NCBI GenBank assembly: GCA_965113315.1
Contig: OZ220363.1
Origin: Podarcis vaucheri
Taxonomy: Eukaryota
DNA length: 64,000 nucleotides
Reading direction: 5' to 3' (one strand)
Part shown: piece by piece, positions 11,201-26,200 of the stretch
How positions within the stretch are numbered: the first letter of the stretch is position 1
How the letters are laid out: the number at the start of each line of letters is the position of its first letter
Made by a program: the position numbers and the translations under genes
Notes under the pieces: generated by a model
Databases searched by the model: none
The model's input: the letters and a program-made list of their open reading frames with translations, nothing else
Told to the model about the DNA's origin: nothing

Positions 11201-14200
11201 CCCAAAGAAGCTCCCCTAAAGAAAGTGTTCCTCCTCCCTAAAAAAGCTCAACAACTTAGACTAGAACCCCCCAAAAGGTGGTAGATCACTGCCGGTTTCT
11301 AACTCTGAGAGTAGATCACAGTCTCTCGGGAGTTGGCCACCCCGGCAGTAGAGCTTCCATTTTCCAGGTGGGTGTGTGAAAGACTGCATCTTACTTGCTG
11401 TTGGAAGGAAGTTCCATTGAAATAAATGGACTGCACTTCAAAGTAAATGGAATTAAAATTGAATCATTTATCTTTTTGGTTCCACAGGGAACATCCAATG
11501 ATTAACTCTAATTTTCTTTTTGTAAAAGCAGATACCCCCTTCCCCCCAACAATTGGTATATTGGCTGTTGTTTAGAAGGTGGGGCTAACTGATGATTCCC
11601 AGGTAAGGTCCTCCCCCTATTGTGTGGGCAGGTGGTCCCTCCCCCTACTTGGCCTGATCACCTTGGCAACGCCTCCCCAGGCGGGATTGGGCAACTGGCT
11701 GAGGTAGGCGGAGACCTCCAGGTATCCCACCTGGAGAAGGCGAAGCCAAGCCTGTGCTAATGGTGCCACATAGGGTCCAGGGGGCTGCGCGCAACCACAC
11801 AAAGGGCTTACTTAATGTGGGGAGCGGTCATTCCTAAAGCTGATTTGGTTGGTTATTCATTCTACTAATCAGCATGGACAATGGCTGTGTACATAACAAA
11901 CATTTAAAGCAAATCTCCCCCTGAAAGAATCTTGGGAACTGTGGTTTACCCCCAGAACTAAAATTCCCAGCACACTTAACTAACTACAGATCCCACGGAT
12001 CTTTGGAGTTGGGAATGTGCTTTCAATGTGCTTTCAATGTATGGTGTGTACACAGCCCTAAATATCAGAATCTGTCCCTATATAAAAGGAAGAAGCACAG
12101 CACGTAGGATAGTAGAGAATCCTTACCAGAACCTACAGAAGAGGAGAAACAAATTAGCTGAGTGAAAGTGAAGAAAAGAGCGGTAGTAATTTCACTAGAG
12201 CCTTCAGGCAAACTTTCTTTTTACCACAGTAGAAGCTCAAAAAGAGGTGGGCAGGAGAGAAGAATGGAACCCATATTATAATGTAGTAAGACATGCTGGA
12301 GCAGATTAATCCTAAGGAGAACATTTCCAAACTTTGCCTTCTCAAACCTGTTTCTGCAGTATGAAATAGAGCATGCTATGCCTCTGCCACAACTTTAAAC
12401 AATTTTACATTCACATTTTCATTCTCATCATTTGAAAGACAAGCATTACCATGATTCACAGCTCTTTTGTGAAGGCATTTTTTCTCCTGGCTTATAGTGG
12501 TTTCCTTTGCCATCAAAGCAGCCACACGCTGGAAGATCAACACACTGCATCTCATCTTCATCAAAATAGGGCTTATCAGCTGGACACTTTGGATAGCAGC
12601 CTGTGGTAAGAAAGAGAGCTTTTACCATACCCTGCACAAATGTTAGCCTTTAAGCTGATTTTGTGTATGGTGCTGTCACCCCATAAACCAGGGATGAGGA
12701 ACCTTTGGCCTCCATGCATTGTTGGACTCAAGCTCACACCAGTCATAGCCAGCATGGCCAAGGGTCAGGAATGATGGGAACTGTAGTTCAACAACATCTG
12801 GAGGGCCACAGGCTGCCCATCCCTGCCATATCTTGATCTCAAGCAACTGTCATTTAGCAAGGCTAAAGGAGAAGAGGCCATAGATGCAGAGGGAATCTCT
12901 TGACCAAAAGAGACATTCCTGCCTCCTTGGGTGTTCTAGCATCAAAGGAGCACATGATGCCTGCACCTCTCTACCTTGAAGAAGTTGCCTTGTCTTCCTC
13001 GAACTCTGGTCTCCAGCTTAGAGGCAAGAACTTAACCTTGGTCTCCCCCAAGCTTCCAAAGTGAATGGCACCTAGTGGCTGAACCTCTTTAACTGTAAGG
13101 GCTCTATGCATCAGGGAAGAAGTTAGCTTCCCAATCAAAGCAGCAATCCTACTTAAGGCTCAGTCCAGGATAGTTGGGTGCTGGAACAACAGTCCAGCCT
13201 AGACTGTTTGTTTGCTCATATGTTTGTTTGCTCATTTGCCTTTTTGGACCCCAACCTCTGCTTTACTTGACTCTGTTTATCTGGACCTACTCTCTACTTT
13301 GCTGGAATGACCTCATGGGAACCTGATCTGTGTTTTACTTTGCCTGACCCTGAACATCAGAATCTGACCTTGCCTGCTGAAATCCAATCTCTGCTTGATC
13401 TGGATTTGCTTCTGGATCCCAGACAGGGACCAGCAGTATGTGACTTTGAATTTTCTGTGTAACACATGCCTCCACTGGGCTAGATCCTGTCCCCTTGACT
13501 GGGACAAAACAGTAACTTCCCTTTCCCTAAACCAAACTTCCCATATTCACAAAGCATCAAGCATTTCTTTTTGGGCAACCACAGTTTTTATAACAATTAA
13601 TATAAAATGAAGCTTTTAAGTTTCCTGTAATCATCATTTGTAGATCAAGGGTAAGGCTACAATCCTTGTACCTTCCAAGCCTTGTAACTCATGGAGGCAT
13701 TTTCCACTTGGGTTTCTGCAAGTCTTCATACAAGGAGAGCCACAAGGCTGGTAGTGCCACTCACACTCCTCTTTTGGATTATAGTAATCACAGAACAGAG
13801 CTGCAAAAGGAGGAAAGGGTTTTTTAATGTTACTTTCAAGCAAAATGCATTAATTTCATAGCACTCAATACCTATCCTTGCACTGTATGCCAGTCATTTC
13901 TCATTCAGTGATCTGGTAAGCAATATTAGTTGCTTGTTTTTCTAGTGTCATTATTCACTTCACCAGTCAGGAACACCATCAAATGAATTTTGTGAGCAGG
14001 GATGTCAGGAACAGACCCAGTTACCCTCCTGCTACTTCTTCTCCCCAGCTGGTAGGAGGTAAGATCAGAGATGTTGGACTGGGTGGATCACAGGTAGGAT
14101 TGGGTGGTGAATGCTGGGCCTGGTGAATGGCTACGCTCCCTCTGCCAAAATATAAAAGATCTATGGTCTTCTAAACGTATTACTGGTGGGGGTTTTTTTG

Positions 14201-17200
14201 TTATTATGTTATGTATTCTGCTTTTTTGTACTGTAAACCACCCTGTGATCTTAGGATGAAGGGCGGTATATAAATTTAATGAATAACAAGGCAGGCAGCT
14301 AGTAGCAGCAGCAGTACTTGTTCCAGGGAAAGTGTTCCTATTTTCCTTGACCTCATGGTCACAGGCAGCTATGGGTTGACAGCACGGGAGACAGTAAGGA
14401 GGGGATTGGACAGTAAGGAGGGGATATGCTGAGATTTAGCACATTCTGAAGACATTTAGCTCTTGCAAAGTTAGGATAAATTCAAGTGTTCATGATATGA
14501 ATGTGACAAGCAGGAATCTTGTTGTGATCGCGTCACTGCATTCAAAATGAATGCAGAAATTGGATTACAAAAATATGCAAACGTTCAGCAATGCTCCAAC
14601 CTACTGCATGTCATCCTACCACATACCATATATGGTGCTAAAAATATAGAAACATTAGCCTACTCCTTGTTCTCACTAATCTATCTTTTTGTTATTACTT
14701 TAAAAGGAATGGGCAGTACTCACGGCAGATGTTTGGAGTTCTCCAAGAAATGCAACTGCCAGCTTCATTGCACGCCTGAGCATAGGCGGCTACAGCAGTA
14801 CAGAAGCATTCACAGTCTCCCCCAGTGTCACAAGCACAGGCATCAGAGATGCAGGCTTCATAATATTTAGTTGGTTCAACCTGTTAGAGAAGGAATACAC
14901 ATGGTTTAATTTGTGGTTCAGTCTTGGCAGACCATGGTCAGAGAGGGAGGGTGCATTTTCTGATTTTTTTCAATTACAGTTCTCGTTTCTCCAACAAAGT
15001 CAGCATGGAAAATTTGTGACATCAGTCATTGTTTTTATTTTCAAGTTGCACATTTTGTTATAGCAACAGAATTGCATGCAGAGGCAATTTGTTGTTAATA
15101 ATAAACATGAATGCTTCCGAAACGTCAAGCGGACGTGAAAAGGTTATGTATCATCTACCATTAGTAATTGTCAAGGAAGTAATTTGTCATTGAAGCAAAG
15201 GGTATTTTTATGCATCCACTGAGGAAAAAGGAAAATTGGTTGGCAACCCCCTAAATATTAATTATCAATTAAATGTGTTAATATCAGGCATTTACTGTGC
15301 TGGGGAGCCTAACCAATCTGGGGCTCACATTTAACTTTTTCTTATCTGAATTATTAGCTGACAGAATGACAACACATTTTTATGTTGCTCATATGCAGTG
15401 GTTTGTATAGCCTGTCCCAAGAGCAGGCACATCAAGTCTTAAGCTTGGAGCTGTTCAAGTGTCCTATACATTCTTTTAAAAATGCATTTGCCCATACCTG
15501 AGAGTGGCAGGAAGCAAACACTTTGCTGTTAATGATGCTACATTGCTTCTGGGCCCAAGAACTCCTATATGGGTTTGTAGAACAAGGATCTCTGCTGCCC
15601 GGGGCATCTGGGCAAGTGGGGGACACCTTCCAGCTGTTACCAAACTCCAGTACGTCTCCTACAACAGACTGGCTCCTGGTGGTGAAGTCATTTATGTCAT
15701 TGCCATCATAGTTTCCACAGAGGCCACAAACTTGACCCTGCAGAGAGACAAGCACAAGTTAATGAGGAGTGGAAAATTTATTTTCCTGGGATTAGAGACC
15801 CTGCATTTTCAAAACGGAATAATACTTTGGTTATTTATAATGACTGCATACTTTTTCTGCAGAGGAAGCTGACAGCATGTACATGCATGGATAGATTGAC
15901 TGTCCCCATTACATGAACTGATAATTTCATGTGCTCAGAGACCCTATGTACACATCAAACACATGCAGTAAACCGAATTAGCACACCTATTTAAGCATAG
16001 CCTCATAACATATAAAGTATATTAAAAGTTATATTTTAGGCTTCTACAAGAACAATTGCTCCAACAGTTGCTTTTTTTTAGCAGAAAAAATGGCATAGGC
16101 TGATTCCCCACCCACTCTCAATCACATTTTTTAAAAAATAATTTCATTCAAAAAGATTATTTAAAAAATAATGATATATAGTTATTTTGTGAAAAGTGAA
16201 GGGAATCAGATACTGCTTACCATAATTACAAATTCAAAACCAGAAACTTGAGGGATTTGTTTCTGCATCATGAGGGAGTCCTTGAGAGCAGAGGTGGTAA
16301 TCTCCTTGGGTTTGATTCATTCACCCTTGGTCAACCCTCTTAAGGCTGCATTGCAGTGATGGATGGGACCAAAAGTAGATGCAGCCACTGCACATTCTCT
16401 CTCTCATACACAGGCACACAAGGGAATTATTACCACTCACTTTCCTGTGTATCAGATGATCAATTTGATGACCAGAGGAAGGGCAGTTTCCATCACTATC
16501 CGGATGTTGTGCTTGTCCAATTTGGGATGGCCAGCATTTACATATGAATGTGAATGTCAACGCTAACCATATTTTGGATATTGACAATCACAGCATATAT
16601 TTTGCTGCATTATTATGAAAAAAAACCCGAACCTTTACTATACTATACTATCACAGTGGTAACCAACACAGTGCCCTTAAGATGTTGTTGAACTACAACT
16701 CCCATCAACCCCAGGCAGCATGGGCAATGGTCAGGGATGATGTCAGGCACCATGTTGTCTATCACTGTCCTGTAACCAGTCCTGTGCACATTGATCATGC
16801 AAGAAAAAATAGTTCTGCGATAGAAATGATAGCTAGAATGTAAAGAGAGCCATTCTTGATCTGGCTGATATAGTCTAGCATTCTTTTCTCACAAGGGCCA
16901 TCCAGCTGCCCATGGGAAGCCCACCATGAGATCACATAAAGAATAATCAATTTCTGGAGTCATACTTCATCATAATATGAAGTTAGTACATTGTCTTGTA
17001 CTTTGTTTTTAATGTGACCAGTTTCTCATCACTATCAATAGTTCTTCATACAGACAAAGAACCTATGTTAAACTGACTATGAAGAGGTCAAGTAAGGGGA
17101 TTCATCTGATAAATCAACTGACTGGAATATTTAAATGCTAACATTAGCTCTTAATGTTTGTCCTTTACAGAATTTCCTGGAAGAATGTTGTAGCACTTCT

Positions 17201-20200
17201 CTTTCATTACACACACCCCCCTATATAATCTGATCTGGCATTCTCAGCATACCTTAAATTCGTCATTGAGTTTGATGAAGATACTGGTTTTCTTGTCCCA
17301 CAACAGGACCAGTCCAGCTGTGGTGTCAATCACCATGTAGATTCCCATGTAGCGGACCTTGAATGGCACTTCACCTCCACCAGAAAGCCTCTGTACCACT
17401 GTAAATTTTTCATCAGCGAGTATCAGCTCATAGTTCTGAAAGATGAAAAGCAACAATAAGTTGTAATTCAGCAACTTCTCTTTCAAGTAATTACAACTTA
17501 TTACTAAACTGAAAACTATGGAGAGACCTGGTCTGAATAGAGATATTGGATTCTTGTCTCATTACACATGCTAAAGCTATTTTTGGTCATCTGTATACTA
17601 TCCTTTGCTTTTTCCTGAAGGACTAATTCCAGTCGTTAACAGTGTCAACAGGTTTACCATACCCATCGAGTCAATCACCCATCTCCTACTACCCTTCTAA
17701 AAAACCCCACCCCACCTTCCCACTATATATAAGGGTCTTCTGTTTCAGTCTATCTGAAGAAGTGTGCATGCACACAAAAGCATATACCCAGGACAAACTT
17801 AGTTGGACTCTAAGGTGCTACTGGACAATTTTTAATTTTTTTTATTTCAACTACATCAGACCAACACGGCTACCTACCTTTACAGCTTAGTTACTTTGCA
17901 CTCCATTATTTCCCCATTTGTAGATTTAATATAACCCAGTTCTGTCCAGGTGCACAAGTCATATTTTGCGTTCATCTTGCATGAACCTACTTACCCCCAT
18001 GAAGACTTTAATGGCTTTTGAGCAGGTTGTCCCGGTGGTGCCACAGGGGATGTTCTCCGTGATCACTCTGAAAGTCCCTGCATTTGAATTGTTTTTACCG
18101 CAATGATCCTGTGGAGAAGAGGGTTATATGGTGTTCATGAACACAGCTTGCCATATCAAGACTAAAGACTCTGCATTTTAAAAAAAGCAAGTGCTTGGGG
18201 AGAAAAGTATTATACCTGGACCAGTGTGTATTCACAGTCTCCACTGAAGCTATAGCGTTTGCCATCAAAAGTGATGTAATGACCATCTCCATAAACAGAG
18301 CATGTTGCCAGGCAGGGTTCAGTGGAGCACTCCCACTTTCTGTTCTTACATGTACTGCACAGACAGAAATATGGTTAGATTTCACAGTAGCGGGGTTTGT
18401 TTGACCCCCCCCCCATTTAGATGGAAGAGTTCAATACTTTTAGTTCAGCTTATAACAGGCGATACGTACCAAGTATTACATTTCACCTTGATGCTGTCCC
18501 CTGGCTTGTATGTGGCTTCATTGTGAATGCATGGACACTCTTCAGCAGCTACACACCCACCTTGGCCATCGGACACCAACTCCTTGGGACACATGCAGCC
18601 AGAGACGCACTGTGTGCTGTACTGTAACAGAAGATAAGGCAGCAAAAGATGTTACTTGACAAATCAATAGGTGAGAAACAAAAGTGTCTAAGATACTAGA
18701 CAAAGTGAAATCAGTATCTGTCTCCAGTGGTGCGTTACCAATGAAGAGTCAATTAATTAGCAAGCTATGCAAAACTGCTTCAAGTTTACTTTTTCAGAGG
18801 AGTTTAGGTGTGGAGAACTTTTCTTGAACTCTTTGAGAGAATGTTATTACAAATCACTAGATTGTGACTTGGTATATTGATACCCTTGATTTTTTAAAAA
18901 AATGTTGGGTGTCCCTTGATTTAAAAATAATGTTGGGTGTAAGAGTGATTCACAAGTCATAACATGGTGGTTAAACTGGTTTACCATGCCCTGCGCCTCC
19001 CTGTCTCTACCACTGAAGTACCTTCTGATGGGTTCTGTAGGCTAGCTTTCGTCATTGCCTCTGATCACCCATCAGCATGACTCCTATTTTGTAACAGGAG
19101 ACCATGGTGAATGCTGAGCGGTGCTGACAGTTTCATAAATTCAGGAAAGAAGTGATAACTGCAATCATCATGGGAACAATGTAATACATAAGTTGAACAG
19201 GTAATTTAGATAAGAGATGGTTACAATGTCGTCACACTTACGCATTCCATGTCAAGGGTCTGACAGCTCTTCTGACACTCGGCTCCAGTGGCTCCTACTG
19301 TGGCATTGGTGCAGTCAAAGTAGACCATGGGAGCAAAACATTCTGATAGAAAGGAGAGCTAGATGAAATCTCAGCTTGAAATTAGACATTAGCCACCATA
19401 ACAGTGAGTGTATGTCATGAAAACTAGTTCAGGGCACACCATTATCAACACCTCACTTAAAAACACACATAAAAGTCTTTGTACAACGACAACATTATAT
19501 TTTCACTCCCAATTTTAAGACAGAGAATGGTGGCTATCTTGGCTATGGTTCTTAGCAGATAATAGGAACTTGCATCACTCAAGGTTGGAAAACAACTCCT
19601 CACATCTGTACATTGGAGGGAAGCTATGGGATATTTTCAGCCAATCTACAGAGGACTCAAAGTCCAATTGAATATTTCAGTTTTACAAGGTCTCTGGAAC
19701 TACTATTATCTTTTTCTGTGATTTGGCTTACCTGGTTGTGGTTTCACTTCTCCAATGCACTGAAGCTTTCCCTGTGTGCAAGTGCTGCAAGAGATGAAGA
19801 ATGTTTCTTACTTAAAAATTGAACCAGTTTTATGAAGAGCAGTTGTTCTTGCCTGGCTAAAGGACAGCAACAACAAATCCTTCATGGTGTGGAATGCTGA
19901 ATTGTCACCTTGTGACCAAAAGGAAAATGTTTCCCTTAAAATAGCCTGTTAAAATGCTTTAAGAATTCCTCCTTGGTGGATCTGGACTGGGTTGAGGCAT
20001 TTTTATCAGGAGTGGACAGACCTCAGAGATCCACAGGGCACCTATGGTGCTGTTGCCAGTCTCAAGTTCTCTCCTCAACCTCACCCTCCACCAGCCATTA
20101 CTAGAAAGCCCGTTTTTAACAGATGCGATAGTTTAATGGTGGGAGATATAGGATAGACAAAGGGAAGCACAAAGCATAGTTAAACTATGGAATTAATTAC

Positions 20201-23200
20201 AAGATAACATAGTGATGGTTCACAACTTGGAAGGCATTACAAGAGGATTAGACAAATTCATGGAGGACAAGGCCACCCACAGCTACTAGTCATGATCTCT
20301 TTATATTGCCTCCAGTATTGCCTCTGAATAATGTTGCTAATGAGCATGAGCTGGGTTGCTATTGCATTCATAAGTTGCTTGTGAGCTTTGCACAGGCTTC
20401 TGGTTGGCCATTATGAGAATAAGATGTTGGACTAGGCGGGCCTTTGGTCTGATCCAGCTGGGCTCCTATATTTTTCTCACATAAATAAGAAACTTTGGGG
20501 CATTTAGAAATGTGTCACAAAGGCACCTAATATCTAAGCACCAGACATTACAAAATTAAATTGACTGAATCTTCCAAAAAACAAAATTTAAAAAAAATCA
20601 TAATTAAGGGCAGCTTAGAAGCATGGTTCTATGGAAGGAAATTTTGTCTATTCCCGACATTGGCGGAGATGACGAGCAGAATTCGTGACCAGGGAAAGGA
20701 GACTGCGGAAGAAGACTGGAAGAAATTTAAGATTTATCTTAAGGACTATTATAAACTCGATGAAGTTTAGAATGTCGAGATTTTATAGAGAGAAAGGGTT
20801 GCAGTAATATAAGATTAGATTAAGAAAGGACTATGATGAATTAGGATGGGAGAAAACATTTATAAGTTGCTATAAAATTCGGACATGAGGATGCAGAAAG
20901 GGGAGGTATGGGGAAGTCCGAGGAAAGAAGTTTATGAAAGGACATTATGAAATTATATTTGTTTGTTTGTCTGTTTTATTTATGTTTGTTTGTTATAAAA
21001 ACTTTTGTAAAACCAATAAAAATTTTATAAAAAAAAAGGAAATTTTGTCTATTCCCATCACCTCATAACAATGCTTATTTCAAACCATAACTTACCATAT
21101 GACACCATTTTCATGGATAACTTCTCCAGACAGCAGAGGAGTCCCTTTGTAGTAGCAGGGGCAGCTGGTAGCAGGTACACATTTGCCGCTCTCATCCATA
21201 TACATCCCTTCTTCGCAGGTGCATCCATCCACGGAGGTAAACTTAATGTTGCAAGTGACATCAGGCTCACTCAGAGATCGGCAGGTGGGTTGGCAGGAAG
21301 TAATGTTGTAACGGTAAACCAGGGTTTTGGGACACATTTGGTATTTGGCTTGAGAGAGGGAAAAGAAAAGAAGTTGTTCCAGAGGTTATCTAAGGGCTAC
21401 TGTGGCTATAAATTACTAGACGTCGCAGGGTACAATGTATACTCAAAAACATTGGCTGTGTGTGTTTAGATGCATATCTGTATATCTAGATGCTGGGCTC
21501 TAGTCCCAGAGGCTGGAGAAGCTTAGGATGTCTGCCTCACCATCCAGGTGTGATGGGATGTTCTGGGTACAGTGACGTATGCTGCTTTGTGCATAAAGAC
21601 TGTATGAATGATTGCTTGGGTGCCTTGAATTAAATTTAACTTGCAGAAGGGAAGTTACTATCTTGTATGGGTTTATGAAAAGGAGCCTGTTCAAAACGTG
21701 ACTGATCCATGTAATTTATTGGCCTTTGAATCAAGCTATGTGATTCCAGATTCATCTTTAAATCACAGCTTTGAAAACTACTCATTTGATAGTTTGTGTG
21801 TTTTTCTATCTTTTCCAAAAAATATGTCTTTTACTCCTAATTTCTAATCCAGTGCTGTCAAGAATTCTTTGGTGTAACTAGAGAGAGAAACTAGCACACG
21901 CTCCATTATTCACATAAGACTGCAAGGTTTTTTGGTTGTGATTTGCCTCCCCATGGCAAACAATAACTTTATTTCCTTCTGAACTTTCTGCAGCTCCCAT
22001 AAACCTCATCTGTATCTGCTCACCAGATTAAGACTTTCAGGAAACTACTGGCACCACTTTGGGGTTGTCACACAAACAAAGCATAGATGCTTCAAATTCC
22101 TTCAAAATCTTGTCCTGGATAATTTTGAAACTACAGCTGCTACTAACTGACAAAGATCGGGTCCACATAAAAACCACCTCCTTGAAATGAGTTGTTTTGA
22201 TTCATCAGTATTTCAGGCTGTGGAGGGGATCAAAATTATCTTGAGAGGGAGCAAATTGAACCAGGCGGCCTTGTTCTGATGTGCAGTTGGGGAAATTCAA
22301 AATGGCAGCCAACAAAAAAAAAAACTGCCTTCTTTGCCACTTACTAGCAGGCAGCAGTTGAATTTCTATAGAAAAAACCACACATCTACAGATGAGCAGA
22401 TGTTTCTCTCTAGCAGCTCATTTTATTTGAGAGATGCAGTGGCTGAAGCAGATGCATCAAAAATAAAGTCACAAAAATGAAGTGGTGTTCTAAACAACTG
22501 CAGTATATTTTTAAACCCAAAATGCCAAGACTACTTTTTTAAAACATTTGGGTTTCTTTCTTCTTTTTAAAAAAGAATCAGTTATAATATGCATTGTTAC
22601 GTTATGTATTATGCACCCTGCACCCTCCCCAAACCTGTTCTTGAGGGTTTGGGGAACTCCAAGAACACATTTAGGGGGTGTCCAGGCAGGGCGGGGAGAG
22701 AAAAGAGAAGAACTTTCCATCTTGCGCTGACAGAGATTCACTTAGCACCATGTTGGATACTTAAAAGAAAGCTCCATTAATTTCATTGAGACTTACTACT
22801 AAGAAAACTTGCAAAATAATTCAGCGACACTGAAAAAAATCCAAAAATGTTGGGGTGAATCATGGTTTGGAGTTCTATATGAAACACTTTGACAATCTCC
22901 TCTGGTCACTTGCTTTTAGGTTTACAAAATCCTCATAACTTACTACAGATGCTGGTTCTCCATCCGCTCAGCAGCACTCCCTTTGCAGCACAGGCTCTGA
23001 CATAGGAGGAAAGGGCAGCACACATACAGTCCTCACTCCTTTCACAATTGCAGGTATCAAACATACAGGTCTAGGGAGACAGAGAATAGCCATTAATATT
23101 AACTCCCCCCCCCTTTCAGGGACATTTGCTCTTAAACCTTCACATGAAGAACTCATCTATGAATTTAATCTAAAAATATGTCTTTATATTTCACACTGCT

Positions 23201-26200
23201 TGCTTTAAACTACTGAGGACCTGGGAGTTTCCTGAGAACCAGCTGCTTAAATGTTAACCTCTGTCTCAGAAGTTGGCAAACTACATGGCCAACCACACAT
23301 AGTGGAATGAGGAGATGTTTATATTTAGTAGTGAAGCGAGAAATGAATATGTAGGATAACATGATATGGGGATTGATAATATACATTAATGACAGAAAGT
23401 TTGGCAGAGAGTATACTGAAGCCCTGACATTGTTTATCCACTCTAACAGGTTTAATTCCCATCCCCAGGAGTTATGTTCAGATTCTCATTGGCACTTCAA
23501 AGAAACAGAATGTACAAAGTACCGTGTGGAAAACAGCAGGATCTACTGCAGAGTGGCACATCTGAAAGGGTCCATTGCTGTCCGTCAGCAGGCCGCACCA
23601 GTGCGAAGCATATTTTTCTATACAAGACAAAGGGCAATGTGGTTTTATATATATTACTGCAGAGATGGGCAATGTGTTTCAGCCCAAGGAACACATTCCC
23701 TTCTGTGCAGCCTCTCAGGGACCTTACGCCAGTGGTGGGCAGGGCAGAGCTACAAACTTCACCTTTGTACAATAGTCTAGTTCCTTCAGACTCATGCATC
23801 CCTCTATATCCACCACCCAAGCATGTAAGAATCACTATCAGAGTTCGAGAACCTATTCCAGCCAGTCAATGAGAGAAAATACTGTATTAGAACTTGCTCT
23901 CATTGTTAACTGTATCTTTCTGCCTTCCTTCTGCATCATATAGTTGTGCTTGCTTGCTCAAGTCACCTATAATCTGCTTTAACCCGTCATCTTTTGTCTG
24001 TCATGCCATTTTTCTCTGCTGTCTTAATACACCATGATCTGGATAATGTGGAGTATTCTGCCATGATTGTTCCAGCTGTACAAAGCCATTTTCTCTTATG
24101 GGGAGCCATTGTCATCTGAGAGCCAGTGTGGCATAGAGCAACAAACTATGACTTAGAGAGTGTGTGTTGGACTCACCCAGCCAGCTTTTAAGATCCCTAG
24201 GTGTCCAAAAACCAGTTACATTCTCTCAGACAAGCTTACCTCACAGGGTTGTTGTGAGGATAAAATGGGAGGGAGAAGAATTAGGATGCTGCATGAAGGA
24301 AGGGTGGAATATAAAAGCTAAAAAAGTCAACATGACCGTTATGTCCTTACCAGCCCTATACAAGGGCCATTTCTATTGTACAATAGTTAATAGAGTTAAT
24401 GTGAGTTTCTGCTTAAAAAATAATTCTAAAGGGTCTTTCTAATTAGGCTGTTGGTTAAAGAGTGTCCTTGGAGAAAAGCTGCAAAATATCAGTGCACATA
24501 CCATTTTCTATGCTGAGAGTACACGGGTTCTCGAAAATATTTTTGATGTCAGGACAATTGGCCTGTGCTTTCCACGTGTTGGCAAAAGCAGCTGAAGTTC
24601 CTTCTACTACTCCACTGGCAGCTTTGAAGTCATCTGCTTGGACATTGTTGAAGTTTCCACAGAGACCTGGAACAAAACCATGGGGACTTTAAATAACAAC
24701 AAGAACAAGAACAACAACAATAATTTTATTATTTATACCCCGCCCATCTGGCTTGGTTTTCCCAACCACTCTGGGCGGCTTACAGCACATAAAAAATGGT
24801 AAAACATTAGACATTTAAAATTTCCTGATACAGGGTTGCCTTCAGATGTCTTCTAAAAGCCAGATAGTTGTTTATTGCCTTGACATCTGATGTGAGGGTG
24901 TTCCAGAGGGCGGGCGCCAATACCAAGAAGACCCATTGCCTGGTTCCCGGCAACCTCACTTCTCACAGTGAGGGAACCGCCAGAAGGCCCTCAGAGCTGG
25001 ACTTTAGTGTCCGGGCTGGACGATGGGGGGTAGAGACGCTCCTTCAGGTATACTGGGCCGTGGCTGTTTAGGGCGTTAAAGGTCAGCACCAACCCTTTGA
25101 ATTGTGCTCGGAAATGTACTGGGAGCCAATGTAGGTCTTTCAAGACCGGTGTTATTTGGTCTCGGCGGCCGCTTCCCAGTCACCAGTCTAGCTGCCACAT
25201 TCTGGATTAGTTGTAGTTTCCGGGTCACCTTCAAAAGTAGCCCCACGTAGAGTGTGTTGCAGTAGTCCAAGTGGGAGATAACTAGAGCATGCACCACTCT
25301 GGTGAAACAGTCCATGGGCAGGTAGGGTCTCAGCCTGCTTTCCAGATGGAGCTGGTAGACTGCTGCCGTGGACACAGAATTGACCTGCGCCTCCATGGAC
25401 AGCTGTGAGTCCAAAATGACTCCCAGGCTGTGCACCTGCTCCTTCAGGGGCACAGTTGCCCCATTCAGGACCAGGGAGTCCCCCACACTCCACAGTACAC
25501 CTTTCCTGTCAGGATTCAACTTTAAATCCTTGCAATCCTTCATACAGCATCACAGTGATTTCAGTGAACATCACCTCTATGTCTTGAGACTAATGACTAA
25601 TTGACTCACTTACCACATGTCTGCTCTTTGTGGGTTGGGTCCAAACGTACAAATAATTGCATGATGGGCACGAGCTGGATCTGTAACTGGAGGCCAAATT
25701 TTGTATCCACAACGATGAAGAAGGTTGAGGGCCTGAAGATGGTGACATTGGCTGTCGAAGTGGAATATAATGAGTTTACTAATGGGATCAAACATTTCAT
25801 CAGGTGTCAACTGATGATTCATATGGCTATGGCATTTGCTACAAGCGGGGGCACGAGGGTATGTGCATTTTGCATACTTAACAATGAGTTAATAACTGCT
25901 TATGCTTAGCATTTTAACCATTTTCCCTAGTAAATGGCCTTCTAGCATAAGAGAAAAGTCCAAAATCCTAAGAACATCAGAAGAGCCTTGCTGAAGGTAT
26001 CCCTCATGTTGAGAACAATAATAGAGTAGGAGAGTGAAGAATGATGAATGTCATGTGTTATCTCTGAAAGGAGAACTTACATGCTGAGATAGGCAGCTGG
26101 GAAAGGATCATATTCACATACACGACCCCAGTAGACTTGATCACAACTACCTGGCAGAGGAGAAAGGTAAAGATAATGATGAACAAGTATGGTTAAAAAT

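Noticed and set aside
12991-13506. Solo LTR (TGTC...GACA)
   Set aside because: Only 4-bp inverted ends and no TSD; the evidence is insufficient.
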